NCBI GenBank assembly: GCA_963752475.1
Contig: CAVVYR010000029.1
Coordinates: 1-64,000, forward strand
DNA: 64,000 nt
Reading direction: 5' to 3'
From: an uncultured Chloroflexia bacterium
GTDB lineage: Bacteria; Chloroflexota; Limnocylindria; Limnocylindrales; CSP1-4
Part shown: in pieces, positions 20,613-30,271 of the stretch
Position numbering within the stretch: the first letter of the stretch is position 1
Layout of the letters: each line of letters opens with the position of its first letter
Made by a program: the position numbers and the translations under genes
Notes under the pieces: generated by a model
The model's database searches: none
Seen by the model: only the letters and a program-made list of their open reading frames with translations
What the model was told of the DNA's origin: nothing

Positions 20613-21098
20613 GTGATCGCAGATCTGACACCGGACCAGGTATGGGAGGTCATCGAGAAGCAGAACTTCGGCGTGCTCGGGATGGTGACCGCGAAGCATG
20701 AGGCACGCACCACGGGCATCGTCTACATCCTGGGCGGCCGGCGTCTGTACATCGGCACGTGGACCAGCATGTGGAAGGTGCGACATGTCCAGCAGAACCC
20801 ACACGTGTCGGTGACGATCCCCATCCACAAACGTGTGCCGTTCATGCCCTGGATCAAGGTCCCAGCGGCGACGATCACCTTCAGCGGTGAGGCCGACGTC
20901 ATCGCCGCGCTCGAAGCGCCACGCGAGCTGCTTGAGAAGCTCTACCACGGCGTGGCCTCGGACGAGCAGGAGATGGCCCGCTACTCGCTCATCGAGGTGA
21001 CGCCAACAGGGGAGTTCCTGACCTACGGCATCGGCATGTCCGTGCTCGACATGCGCGACCCGCAGAAGGCGCGCAGGCGAGTGCCGGTGGGCGTGTAG
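20613..21098 (+). CDS. Pyridoxamine 5'-phosphate oxidase-like family protein
   Basis: FGVLGMVT, WKVRHVQQNPHVSVT; RBS GAGGGGAG. Confidence 0.7.
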   Translation: MIADLTPDQVWEVIEKQNFGVLGMVTAKHEARTTGIVYILGGRRLYIGTWTSMWKVRHVQQNPHVSVTIPIHKRVPFMPWIKVPAATITFSGEADVIAALEAPRELLEKLYHGVASDEQEMARYSLIEVTPTGEFLTYGIGMSVLDMRDPQKARRRVPVGV

Positions 21099-21161
21099 CC
21101 GGGCCCATCTCAGGGTCTACCTCGTGCGTGCCGATGCTGCGAGAGGTCTGCCGGGGTGCGC

Positions 21162-21743
21162 TCACTCACCTCCCCCAGGCTTCAAGTCCCGGAACGCCTC
21201 GTCCATGCGCGGGGTCATCCACGGCCACGGCCTTGGTTCGACGTTCTGGACGATCTTGCGGACGAACGCCTCGGTGTTCTCGATCTTCGGCCGGACCGCC
21301 GGCGCCACGTCCTTGTTGTGGGCCACGAACGAGGAGTAGACGTACTCCCGAAGGTCCGACGGGAGCCCATCGAAGAAGCGCATGGGCAGGTTGACCCAGT
21401 TCACCATCAGCCCCGTCTCCACTCGCTCACGTTTCTTCGGGACCAGGTAGCTGACACAGAGCTGGTCGAGCATCCCGAGCATCGACGCCTCGAAGCCGGC
21501 GTTCGCGGCATGCTGCTTCATCTGGCCGTACATCCGCTCCAGGCTCGGCGCGAGCACGCAGCCGCTCAGGTCGAGACTCTCCGAGTGCTGGTAGGCATCG
21601 ATGATGGGCTGACCAGCGAAGTAGGCGTCCTGGATGAAGAACTCACCGAACGACACGGCCCCGCGGAGCGGCAGGCCAACGTCGAACATCTGCCGCAGCA
21701 GAACGGCGCACACCTCGATGAAGCCAACGACACGGGTCCCCAC
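21162..21743 (-). pseudogene. Nucleotidyl-cyclase-like protein, N-terminally truncated
   Basis: LPLRGAVSFGEF...FAGQPIIDAY resembles the class III cyclase-fold RGAI-GE/G-A-V-AY signature; N-terminal acidic motifs not found. Confidence 0.5.
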
Positions 21744-21916
21744 AAGGAAGATGTCCTCATCTGGGTTGGGACCAATTCCATGGAACCGGTCCCAACAATA
21801 GCTTCTGAGTCAAGGCCAGCAGGCACACGTGACCACCCGCAAGCCGCGATCCAGCAGGCTCGGCAGCTAGGCTCCGGATCGAGCGGCGGTGGCGTCGCGA
21901 ACCACGGGCTCGGCGA

Positions 21917-23356
21917 TCAGGATGGAGGGTCGTGCGGGAGTGCGAGCCGTCCCATTCGGAAGGTGGCATAGGGGCCGGGGAAGAGCAGGTTGGAGACACG
22001 GGACGTGTAGATGTCGGCGTAGCGTTCGATCTGGCGGAAGAACAGGCTCTTGTCCTGCTTGGCCCGCGACAACGTTCCCCACCCCTGGTTCTGCAGTCGG
22101 CTCGCCTGGTCCTTGAGAGGGGCCATCAGCTCGTCGAGCTGGGACAGCTCGGCCTCTGTTTCGGCGATCGACGCGAGGTGGTCTTCACTGGGCCCCAACG
22201 GGTCCGCGTACCCTTCGGCGGCTCGCAGTCGGGCGAGCTGTTGGGCACTCAGCTGCGTCTCGAGTCGCTCGCGGTGGTCGATGAGCTCACTGAGATGAGC
22301 CTGGGTCGGCTTGAACTCGGCAAGAGCGTGGATCTCCGCCTCGAGCTCCTGGAGGATCAGGGCCGTCCTCCAGCGACGCAGCGCCTTGGAGTAGTGGACG
22401 TCACCGTAGAGGTGGTCACCCACATAGAGGATCTCGTCGCCGATGAGGCCAAGGCTCTCCTCCAGCAGCTGCGCGTTGCCCCCGTAGAACACACCGCCAC
22501 TGCCCAGTGGGCCGAAGTGGGGTTCGAGCAGACCTCGCTCTTCGTCCACCACCCGGTACAGCGGGTTCGCCGAGGTGAAGAACCCGGGCTTCGATGATGA
22601 AACGACCACGATCTCGAAGAGGTCGCGCCACGTGTCGCCACCTTTGAGGAAGGGGTCGAACGTGTAGGTCATGACCTTGTTCGTGTAGCTCCACTCGGAG
22701 TTCGTGATGAGCATGAGGAGCTTCCCTGACTCTCGCTGGTCAAGGAGGCTCGCCGCGATGTCCCCATCCAGGGAGATGAACCGTGCGGGGTCCGCCAAGA
22801 CGCCCTGCTTCAGCATTCCGTCCTGATGGACCCGGTCCACCGAGTCCACGACGGCAGCAAACACCTCTCGATACCCCATGCCGCCGGGAAGCTTCCCCGC
22901 GTCGAGCAGCTCGACGCCCTGGGCGAACAGGCTCGCCTCCGAGAGCGAGAACAAGGAATTGAGCATGACGTAGCGGTCGTCTGCGAGGTCGATGTGCGTT
23001 CCCAGATAGGCACTTCGGATCTCTTCGTGGTCCAGGAACCGACCGCCGTGCTTGGCTGTGACGACCCAGCCGAAACGAGTCGCCTTGACGAGGTTCCCAA
23101 GGTCCTGATCGACCACGAGCCCTCGGGCAGTCGAGATCGGATCGAAGGAGAGGGCTTCGACTGGCCAACCGAGCTGAGCGAGGTGACCGATGGCGTAGGA
23201 GAACGCGAAGTCCTCGAAGGCCTCCGCCTTGTACTGGGTCAGGGTGTAGTCCATGTCGTAGCCGACCGCACGGATCGACTTCATCTTCAAGGTGCGATTG
23301 GCAAAGACCTGACGTTCGGGAGCGGGTTCGGGAAAGCGTCTGTCCTTGGCCGTCAT
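21917..23356 (-). CDS. HAD-superfamily 5'-nucleotidase (cN-II family)
   Basis: GYDMDYTL, LITNS, KPGFF, LYVGDHLYGD and RYADIYTS. Confidence 0.92.
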   Translation of the reverse strand: MTAKDRRFPEPAPERQVFANRTLKMKSIRAVGYDMDYTLTQYKAEAFEDFAFSYAIGHLAQLGWPVEALSFDPISTARGLVVDQDLGNLVKATRFGWVVTAKHGGRFLDHEEIRSAYLGTHIDLADDRYVMLNSLFSLSEASLFAQGVELLDAGKLPGGMGYREVFAAVVDSVDRVHQDGMLKQGVLADPARFISLDGDIAASLLDQRESGKLLMLITNSEWSYTNKVMTYTFDPFLKGGDTWRDLFEIVVVSSSKPGFFTSANPLYRVVDEERGLLEPHFGPLGSGGVFYGGNAQLLEESLGLIGDEILYVGDHLYGDVHYSKALRRWRTALILQELEAEIHALAEFKPTQAHLSELIDHRERLETQLSAQQLARLRAAEGYADPLGPSEDHLASIAETEAELSQLDELMAPLKDQASRLQNQGWGTLSRAKQDKSLFFRQIERYADIYTSRVSNLLFPGPYATFRMGRLALPHDPPS

Positions 23357-23444
23357 CGTGGAAGGGTAGCGCGTGGCACATGCCTTCCCAGGAGCCGCTC
23401 GGGGCGGGCAGATGACTGCGGGGCACGCCGCTCCGGTGGTCCCA

Positions 23445-23490
23445 ACTCTGGATCGGGCGACCGAAGGTTCGGATCCTTTCTCGCCAGTCA
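23445..23490 (+). repeat. tRNA-Gln 3' fragment copy 4 (about 6 mismatches)
   Basis: ACTCTGGATCGGGCGACCGAAGGTTCGGATCCTTTCTCGCCAGTCA. Confidence 0.7.
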
Positions 23491-23515
23491 GCGTCTGTCA
23501 GGACGCGTTGCAGAG

Positions 23516-23794
23516 TCAGATATGCCTGTGCAAGTCACCTTCAGTGCCGGAGTCGGGCTCGTCTTCGCGTGGAGCCTGCTCCCATCCCAGCTGCTCCACG
23601 GCCTCATGTGTGAGGCTGAGGTGGATGGTCTCGTGTTCCACATTGGCGATGTATGAGGCTGGAACGTAGAGGTCCGCCGCGAAGCCATGGCGAGACACCA
23701 GGACGAAGCTTCGCCCCACGTCCTTGACGGCGCCCAGCCGACGATCGTCGTTGGTCACGACAGTCCAGCCTGGGCGAAAGTCTGTCATCCGCAT
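23516..23794 (-). CDS. DUF2171/PRC-barrel-like small protein
   Basis: RPGWTVVTNDDRRLGAV...DLYVPASYI. Confidence 0.65.
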   Translation of the reverse strand: MRMTDFRPGWTVVTNDDRRLGAVKDVGRSFVLVSRHGFAADLYVPASYIANVEHETIHLSLTHEAVEQLGWEQAPREDEPDSGTEGDLHRHI

Positions 23795-23870
23795 CGTGGC
23801 ACCCCATGGAACATGCTATGAGCATAGAGCCAGGTGAGCTCGGGCGGCAGTTCGCGTCGTTCGGCTGGCC

Positions 23871-24950
23871 TCACGCTGCCGTCACGACACCCCGCTGGAC
23901 GTTCGTGACCTGCGAGACGAAGGGCGAGGTCATGGCTCGGACGAGCGCGCTGTAGCCCAGACCGAATCGGACCTCGGTCCCGACCGGCGGCAGGTCCGAC
24001 CCACAATCGAGGACCAGGTGATCGCTGCTGGCCCCGGTGATCTCGAACCCGGGAGGTGCGGTCAGCGAGTGGCAATCGGTGTCCTGCTCTCCGACAGCGA
24101 GTACCGCTTGCTGCGTGATCCCGTTCCGCTCGGGCCGGGTGGCCTGGCCGAACGCACTCTGGGCGATGTCACCCCACGGCTGGGAAGGCTTGGGCCCCGA
24201 TTCGATGACTTCCGCGACCAGGGTGATGGCATCGGTGTGGAGCCCGTCCATGGGTCGGCGATGAAGCGGCTCCCGCCCCAGCAGTAGGGATTCGCCAAGG
24301 CGCAGATCATTGACACGCCCGGTGTCGGCTCCGCTGAGGACCCAGTCGAGGTTGCCGGAGTTGCCTCCGGAGATGATCGGCAAGACGAGTCCGAACGTGG
24401 CCTCGATCGAGTCGGCCAAGCCTGAGAGTTCGCCCATGTTCCTGGTGTCAGGCGAGACGCCGTTGTGGCAGGCGAGGTTCGTACCGATACCGTCGAGGGA
24501 GATGTTCGGCAGTCGCAGGGTCTCGCGGGCCACGCCCTCAAGATCGAGGGGCATGATGCCCTCGCGCAGGTCCCCCAGCTCCACCATCAGGACCACACCG
24601 TGGACCCGCTCCGCCCGAGCCGCCGCAGCAGACAGATGGCGGATGACGGCGATCTCGGTGTTGAGGCTCACATCCGCCTCGCGGACCACGATATCGACCT
24701 GCGTGAGCATGGGTGAGCGGATGAGCGTCAGTCGGGCCGTGATCGAGGCCACCCGCAAGGCATGCAGGTTCTCGACGCGAGAATCGCCTAGCCCGGCAAC
24801 GCCGGCCCGCAACCACACCTTGGCGATCTCGGAGGAGCCCAACGTGGCCTTGGTCACGCCCGTGACGGCGATGCCCCGGGCAGCGAGGGCTCCCACGAGC
24901 ACATCGGCGTTGTGCTCGATCTTGACGAGATCGATCTCCAGTCGCGGTGT
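23871..24950 (-). CDS. Alanine/ornithine racemase family PLP-dependent enzyme (start uncertain)
   Basis: PRLEIDL, GVTKA, DSRVEN, MVELGDLREG, ISGGNS, LRLGE and GASSDHL. Confidence 0.85.
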   Translation of the reverse strand, partial: TPRLEIDLVKIEHNADVLVGALAARGIAVTGVTKATLGSSEIAKVWLRAGVAGLGDSRVENLHALRVASITARLTLIRSPMLTQVDIVVREADVSLNTEIAVIRHLSAAAARAERVHGVVLMVELGDLREGIMPLDLEGVARETLRLPNISLDGIGTNLACHNGVSPDTRNMGELSGLADSIEATFGLVLPIISGGNSGNLDWVLSGADTGRVNDLRLGESLLLGREPLHRRPMDGLHTDAITLVAEVIESGPKPSQPWGDIAQSAFGQATRPERNGITQQAVLAVGEQDTDCHSLTAPPGFEITGASSDHLVLDCGSDLPPVGTEVRFGLGYSALVRAMTSPFVSQVTNVQRGVVTAA

Positions 24951-24952
24951 GG

Positions 24953-26200
24953 CTAGCGTGTCGCGGCGCTCGGTATCCGTGCGAGCTCGGGGAAGGCCGT
25001 GAAGACCATGTCCACGAGCGACGCCGGCGATCGCGTCAGAGCGTCGGTGGTGGTGAGGCCAAGGTCGCGTTCGTACTGCCCGATGGCCGCGCTGACCTGC
25101 GCCTCGTCCATGTTCTCGTGGTTGATGGTCAGGCCGATGACTTGCGTGTCCGCGAAGGTCTCGATGAGCTCGATCTCCGAGCGGGGCTCAGGCATGGCCA
25201 TGGCCGGGAAGTCGCAGCGATGTGCTCGTCTCGGTGCGTGCTGCAGGATCACGGCCTGGGGACAGCTGCCGCGCAAGATGAAGGACGAGGTCGAGTAGGC
25301 CGGGTGGCTGAGCGCTCCCTGCCCCTCGACGATGATGACGTCGGGCTGCTCGGCTTCGTAGGCCTCGATGATGGTGGCCTCCAGCTCGCCGGCGCAGAAC
25401 TGAGTCGGAACGGCGTCGAGCGCGACGCCATAGCGGGCGCCCTGCATCAGGCCGGTCTGACCGGTACCGACCATCACCGCCTTGAGGCCGCGGTCACGGA
25501 GGGCTTGGGTCAGGACCGTCGCGGTCGTCCGCTTGCCGATGGCGCAGTCGGTACCGAGGATCGCGATGCGCGGGCAGTCGACCTCTGAGATCCGTCCGCT
25601 GAAGACGCGCAGGTCCTTCGTCGCCCGAGGCTTGCGGACATCGCGGATGCGGACCCCGTTGGTGGCAGCCGCCACCGCGAACTCGGGGTCATCGGCGAGG
25701 AACTCGTGCAGGCCGCTGACGATGTCCATGCCCAGGCCGATGGCCTTGAGCACGAGCGCGCGCTCGTGGACCGACAGCATGCCACTCGAGGGCGCGATCC
25801 CGAAGATGAAGTAGTCCGGCACTCGGTCCGCGTGGGCCAGCGCCGCCTCGAGGTCGAGACAGATGGGGATCGCGTTGGGCTCGCCATCGAGCACGAGGCC
25901 GCTGTCGAGGCCGGCCTTGTGGCTGTCGATGACGGACACGATGTCGTACTTCTCGGAGTGACGGACGAGCCCGTTGGCCGTCTTGCCATCGACGGCACCG
26001 AAGTTCGCCTCGCAGTAGACGACCGCGGTCGCGAGTCGCTGGCGGTCGGCGACGGACAAGTGCGACTTGGATACGACTTGGGGCGAGGGCGCCAATGGGT
26101 TGCTAGGCGGATACACCGGAGCCTGGATGGGCGTGGTATCGCCGGTCGGCGATACCGGGAGGGGGCTCGCTGCCGGAGCGGCAGCCGGGACTGAGGTCAT
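24953..26200 (-). CDS. DUF1611 domain protein (DgcN-like)
   Basis: GKTANGL, IVSGLH, GTDCAIGKRTT, TGQTG and VEGQGAL. Confidence 0.88.
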   Translation of the reverse strand: MTSVPAAAPAASPLPVSPTGDTTPIQAPVYPPSNPLAPSPQVVSKSHLSVADRQRLATAVVYCEANFGAVDGKTANGLVRHSEKYDIVSVIDSHKAGLDSGLVLDGEPNAIPICLDLEAALAHADRVPDYFIFGIAPSSGMLSVHERALVLKAIGLGMDIVSGLHEFLADDPEFAVAAATNGVRIRDVRKPRATKDLRVFSGRISEVDCPRIAILGTDCAIGKRTTATVLTQALRDRGLKAVMVGTGQTGLMQGARYGVALDAVPTQFCAGELEATIIEAYEAEQPDVIIVEGQGALSHPAYSTSSFILRGSCPQAVILQHAPRRAHRCDFPAMAMPEPRSEIELIETFADTQVIGLTINHENMDEAQVSAAIGQYERDLGLTTTDALTRSPASLVDMVFTAFPELARIPSAATR

Positions 26201-26225
26201 GAAGGCTCCAAGTGTCGGTGGGGGG

Positions 26226-26639
26226 CTATCGTGAGGAGTGACTGCGGAAGCGCAGGAAGGCGAGGTACTTGAGCAGCTCCTCCTCCTCCTCGGCGGTCAG
26301 GTCGTCGATGGCGAACACGGCTAGCCGCCGCTGTCGTCCGTCCTGCCCGTCGGTGTCGGGCAGGAGATACCCGGCCTTCTCCATCAACGTCTCGTAGGGG
26401 ACGCCGTAGACCTCTGCGAGGCTGCGCAGGACGTCAGGCGACGGCTTCTTGATCTTCTGGCGTTCGAGCTGGCTCAGGTACGCGTTGGAGACCGCGCCAC
26501 CGGTAGCTTCCTGGACCTCTCGGAGCGAGAGCCCCTTGGCCTTGCGCAGATCAGCGAGGACGATACCGATGACGTTGGGCTGCCCCTCGAACTCGGAGCG
26601 GCTCTCGTCGCTCTCGCTAGCGGGGGTGTCGTCGGTCAC
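26226..26639 (-). CDS. XRE-family HTH transcriptional regulator
   Basis: LRKAKGLSLREV...SNAYLSQLE...KPSPDVLRSLAEVYGVPY; C-terminal LTAEEEEELLKYLAFLR. Confidence 0.85.
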   Translation of the reverse strand: MTDDTPASESDESRSEFEGQPNVIGIVLADLRKAKGLSLREVQEATGGAVSNAYLSQLERQKIKKPSPDVLRSLAEVYGVPYETLMEKAGYLLPDTDGQDGRQRRLAVFAIDDLTAEEEEELLKYLAFLRFRSHSSR

Positions 26640-26645
26640 CTGCTC

Positions 26646-26674
26646 ACTATACTACACGTTGCTAAGTTTCTCAA
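26646..26674 (-). promoter_or_regulatory. Sigma70-type promoter of the XRE gene (leaderless)
   Basis: TTGAGA-N17-TATAGT, 6 nt before GTG. Confidence 0.7.
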
Positions 26675-26764
26675 GCGCGAGTATCGTACGTGCACGAACG
26701 TGTGCCATCCGCATTCCGATCTGCGCAGGGTCTGAGCGTCGCCACGTTGAAGAGGTCGAACGTC

Positions 26765-27274
26765 ATGCGCTACCGCCTTCCAAGCATCCGCCTGAGTCCG
26801 GCGGTGTCGCGGGTCTCCGCAAGGCGACCCACTAACCCAGCGCCGCCTTCAACACCCGATGCCGCTCGCCAAGCGGCCGGGCGGGTGATGCAGACCGGAG
26901 GTCGACTCGTGAGGCCCGTGAGTCGCTCGGTCGAGAACTTCGCCGATCGCTTCTTCCACCGTGCGAGCCGCCGATCCTTAACGTCCCAGGCCCAGCCGAC
27001 CGCGCCACTCATGGTCGCGGGAGGCCCAGAAGCGGTCGTGCCCGAGGTCCGAGGTAGCTCGGAGGACGAAGCTATCGAACGCCTGGTGGCAGCGGGCCTG
27101 GTGGTGGAGCGGCTGGGCGCAGATCGATCCGACGGCCCGCCGACCGGATGTGTCCTGCGCACGAAGCCGGCAGCCGGTGCCGTCGTTGCGGTCGGCGCCA
27201 CGGTGGGCTATGTCGTCGCCTCGCCGCTATGGCCGGCCCCGGAGGCGCTCGTACCGCAGCCACATCGACCCTGA
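26765..27274 (+). CDS. PASTA domain-containing protein
   Basis: VVPEVRGSSEDEAIERLVAAGL...GCVLRTKPAAGAVVAVGATVGYVV. Confidence 0.55.
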   Translation: MRYRLPSIRLSPAVSRVSARRPTNPAPPSTPDAARQAAGRVMQTGGRLVRPVSRSVENFADRFFHRASRRSLTSQAQPTAPLMVAGGPEAVVPEVRGSSEDEAIERLVAAGLVVERLGADRSDGPPTGCVLRTKPAAGAVVAVGATVGYVVASPLWPAPEALVPQPHRP

Positions 27275-27391
27275 TGCCTTCAAGTCCCTCACGCGGGTCC
27301 CGGTGATCGACTCGCCTGGCCTGCTCGGCCATCCGCTGCACGACGGGTGGGACCTCTGAGAGCACGTACCGCAAGGTCGTGGTCGCCGAAG

Positions 27392-28249
27392 CTAGGCGTC
27401 CTCATCGCGGTCGAAGAGGGAGCGGAATCGATCGACGAGAGAACGAGTCGCCCCATCGGGATCGTCGACATCTGATTCTTCGGATGTCGTGCCGTCCATC
27501 GCGTCAAGTTCCGAACCCTCGTCGATGGCCGATCCATCGCCGGTCGCGTCAGTCGCATCGCCGAGGTCAGTTGCGTCCTCATCGGCGAGATCGGGTTCGG
27601 TTCCGGGTGCCCAGACCTTGGTCAGCTTGGGCTTGTAGTAGGCGTGGAGGATCTCGATGCTGTCGTATTCGAGCCGCTCCGCGCAGTCCTGGGCGCTGGT
27701 CGCATAGAGCCTCCATTCGTCGTGGTCTTGCGCGCACTTGGTGGCCGAGCCCTGGCGGTAGCCGGTGAGGAAGAACTTGTCGTTCTTGCGGAGCGACAAG
27801 CCCCAGAGCTCGTCGCGAGCCGCTTTCTGCTTCTCGGTCGGTTCGGCCGTCTCCGGTCGGTAGACCTGATCGTTGCCGTCGTCACGTACGTCGTAGCACA
27901 TGCCTCCGGCTGTCTTGTAGCCGTCTCGGTGATTGCCCTCGAGGGCGTAGTACCAGGCGTACTGCTTCGTGACGAGCGCCCCCGCCTCCAGCAAGGCCAC
28001 CGGCAGCGATGTGGGCCACTCGCCGGACGCCATGACCACGGCCACGTAGCGCTTGAAGCCGACTTCCTCCACCTTGCCCGCGGCCGTGCGGAGCACGAGG
28101 ATCGACTCCGGCGGCTCCTTCTTGCTCGTCCAGTTGGTGCCACACGCGGCCTGCGCCGGCGGCGGGTCGGCGGCGGCGATCAGCAGTGCCACGAGCACAG
28201 CGAAGACTGCCGAGAGCACGATGGATCCGAGACCTGATCGCTGGGACAT
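27392..28249 (-). CDS. SpoIID/LytB domain protein, exported
   Basis: YVAVVMASGEWP, LLEAGALVTKQYAWY, YDVRDDGNDQVY and ILHAYY. Confidence 0.75.
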   Translation of the reverse strand: MSQRSGLGSIVLSAVFAVLVALLIAAADPPPAQAACGTNWTSKKEPPESILVLRTAAGKVEEVGFKRYVAVVMASGEWPTSLPVALLEAGALVTKQYAWYYALEGNHRDGYKTAGGMCYDVRDDGNDQVYRPETAEPTEKQKAARDELWGLSLRKNDKFFLTGYRQGSATKCAQDHDEWRLYATSAQDCAERLEYDSIEILHAYYKPKLTKVWAPGTEPDLADEDATDLGDATDATGDGSAIDEGSELDAMDGTTSEESDVDDPDGATRSLVDRFRSLFDRDEDA

Positions 28250-28380
28250 GTGTGGACGGTACCGCACCCGCCTGCCTTGCCCCTCTTCCTTGAAGACAAG
28301 GTCATCGAAGATGCGCCGGGCGCTTCGACACTGAGCCAGTCGCTATCATCAGCACCCCGCCCCGACGCTTGAAGGACCGC

Positions 28381-29415
28381 ATGCCACCCACCCGGACAGA
28401 CGCATCGCCGATCATCCGCGCCAAGGACGTCGTCAAGCGCTTCGGCAAGGAAACACTCGCACTCGACGGCGTCAGCCTCTCGATCGAACCCGGCAGCATC
28501 TATGGCCTGCTGGGTCCGAACGGCGCCGGCAAGACGACGCTCATCCGCGTGCTGACCACACTGCTAGAGCCGGACGCGGGCGAGGCCTGGGTCGCCGGCG
28601 TGGACGTCCTGAAGGATCCAGTCACCGCGCGCACCAAGATCGGCCTCGCCGGCCAGTCTGCCGCGATCGATGGCTTCCTCACGGGCAAGGAGAACGTGGA
28701 GATGATCGGGCAGCTATACGGCCTGCCGTCCGGGGAGGCCAGGTTGCGAGCCGCAGATGTGCTGCGACGCATCGACCTCACCGACGCGGCCGATCGCCAG
28801 GTGAAGACGTACTCCGGTGGCATGCGCCGGCGACTGGACCTGGCCGCATCACTCGTCGGTCGCCCGGAGGTGATGTTCCTCGACGAGCCGACGACCGGCA
28901 TCGACCCGCGCAGCCGCATCGACATCTGGGACATCATCCGCGACCTCCAGTCGGAGGGCACGACGCTGCTCATGACGACGCAGTATCTCGAGGAGGTCGA
29001 CTACCTCGCTGACCGCATCGGGGTCATCGACCACGGGAAGCTCATCGCCGAGGGCACGGCCAACGAGCTCAAGTCCCGTATCGGTGGAACGATCATCGAG
29101 GCGGTCGTGCCCGAGGAACAGCGGGAGCTCGCGACCGACGTCCTGCGCGACGCTACCGGCGAGGAGCCGATGTTCGAGCCCAACAAGGCCTGCCTCGTGG
29201 TGCATGCGCCAGAGGGGTCCAAGACCCTCATCAGCGTCGTGCGCGCACTCGACGCAGCGGACATCACGGCTGAGGACCTGGAGATGCACAAGCCAACGCT
29301 CGACGAGGTCTTCCTCACCTTGACCGGCCATGTGGCCAAGACGGAGGGGGACGAGGAGGAGGAACCGGCGCCGACGGCCGCTGGCCGCTCGCGATTCGGG
29401 AGGCGACCCCGATGA
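28381..29415 (+). CDS. DrrA-family ABC exporter ATP-binding protein
   Basis: GPNGAGKTT, YSGGMRRRLDLA, LDEPTTG and TTQYLEE. Confidence 0.9.
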   Translation: MPPTRTDASPIIRAKDVVKRFGKETLALDGVSLSIEPGSIYGLLGPNGAGKTTLIRVLTTLLEPDAGEAWVAGVDVLKDPVTARTKIGLAGQSAAIDGFLTGKENVEMIGQLYGLPSGEARLRAADVLRRIDLTDAADRQVKTYSGGMRRRLDLAASLVGRPEVMFLDEPTTGIDPRSRIDIWDIIRDLQSEGTTLLMTTQYLEEVDYLADRIGVIDHGKLIAEGTANELKSRIGGTIIEAVVPEEQRELATDVLRDATGEEPMFEPNKACLVVHAPEGSKTLISVVRALDAADITAEDLEMHKPTLDEVFLTLTGHVAKTEGDEEEEPAPTAAGRSRFGRRPR

Positions 29416-30248
29416 CGTCCACTACCCGGAACGCTCCCGCCCGGGCCAGCATCAGTCCCGCTCGTGGACTGCGTGACATGGCCATCATCGCCAAGCGGAA
29501 CCTGCTGCGGTTCGTGCGCATGCCACAGCTGCTGCTCTTCGCAGTCGTGCAGCCGGTCATGTTCCTGCTGCTGTTCAACTTCGTCTTTGGCGGCGCGCTC
29601 GCGTTGGGCTTCGGCGGAGCTGATGGCAACTACATCAACTTCCTCATCCCGGGCATCCTTGTCCAGACCGTCGTCTTCGGCGCGACGAATACCGCGGTCG
29701 GGCTGACCGAGGATCTCAACGCCGGCGTCATCGACCGCTTCCGCTCCCTGCCCATGGCCCGCTCGGCGGTGATGGGCGGGCGCACGATCGCCGACCTCGT
29801 TCGGAGCGCCGGCGTGCAGGCGCTGATGCTCGTCGTAGGCATCATCATCGGCTTCCAGGCCGGCAGCTGGATCGGGCTCGGCGTCGGCTTCGTCCTGGCC
29901 GTGCTCTTCGGCTTCGCGGTGTCGTGGTTCTTCGCAGCCCTTGGCCTGACGGTGCGCAACCCGGAAGCGACCCAGGGCGCGTCGTTCGTGCTGGTGTTCC
30001 CGTTCGTGTTCGCCAGCTCGGTATTCGTGCCCACGGCCACGATGCCGGACTGGCTGGCCCTGTTCGCCGAGAACCAGCCGGTCACGATCCTGACCAACAC
30101 GGTACGCAAGCTCACGTTCCCGGATACACCCGTGGCCGGCGGAGACTCGATCGAGTCGCTGATCATCCGCTCGCTGCTCTGGATCGTCGGGCTCATCGCT
30201 GTCTTCGGCTGGCTCAGCGTTCGCCAGTACAAGAAGGTCGTGTCCTAG
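29412..30248 (+). CDS. DrrB-family ABC-2 permease
   Basis: QPVMFLLLF, DRFRSLPMAR and MPDWL..FAENQP. Confidence 0.88.
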   Translation: MTSTTRNAPARASISPARGLRDMAIIAKRNLLRFVRMPQLLLFAVVQPVMFLLLFNFVFGGALALGFGGADGNYINFLIPGILVQTVVFGATNTAVGLTEDLNAGVIDRFRSLPMARSAVMGGRTIADLVRSAGVQALMLVVGIIIGFQAGSWIGLGVGFVLAVLFGFAVSWFFAALGLTVRNPEATQGASFVLVFPFVFASSVFVPTATMPDWLALFAENQPVTILTNTVRKLTFPDTPVAGGDSIESLIIRSLLWIVGLIAVFGWLSVRQYKKVVS

Positions 30249-30271
30249 CTCCTCGCCGCTCAGGCCTTCCA

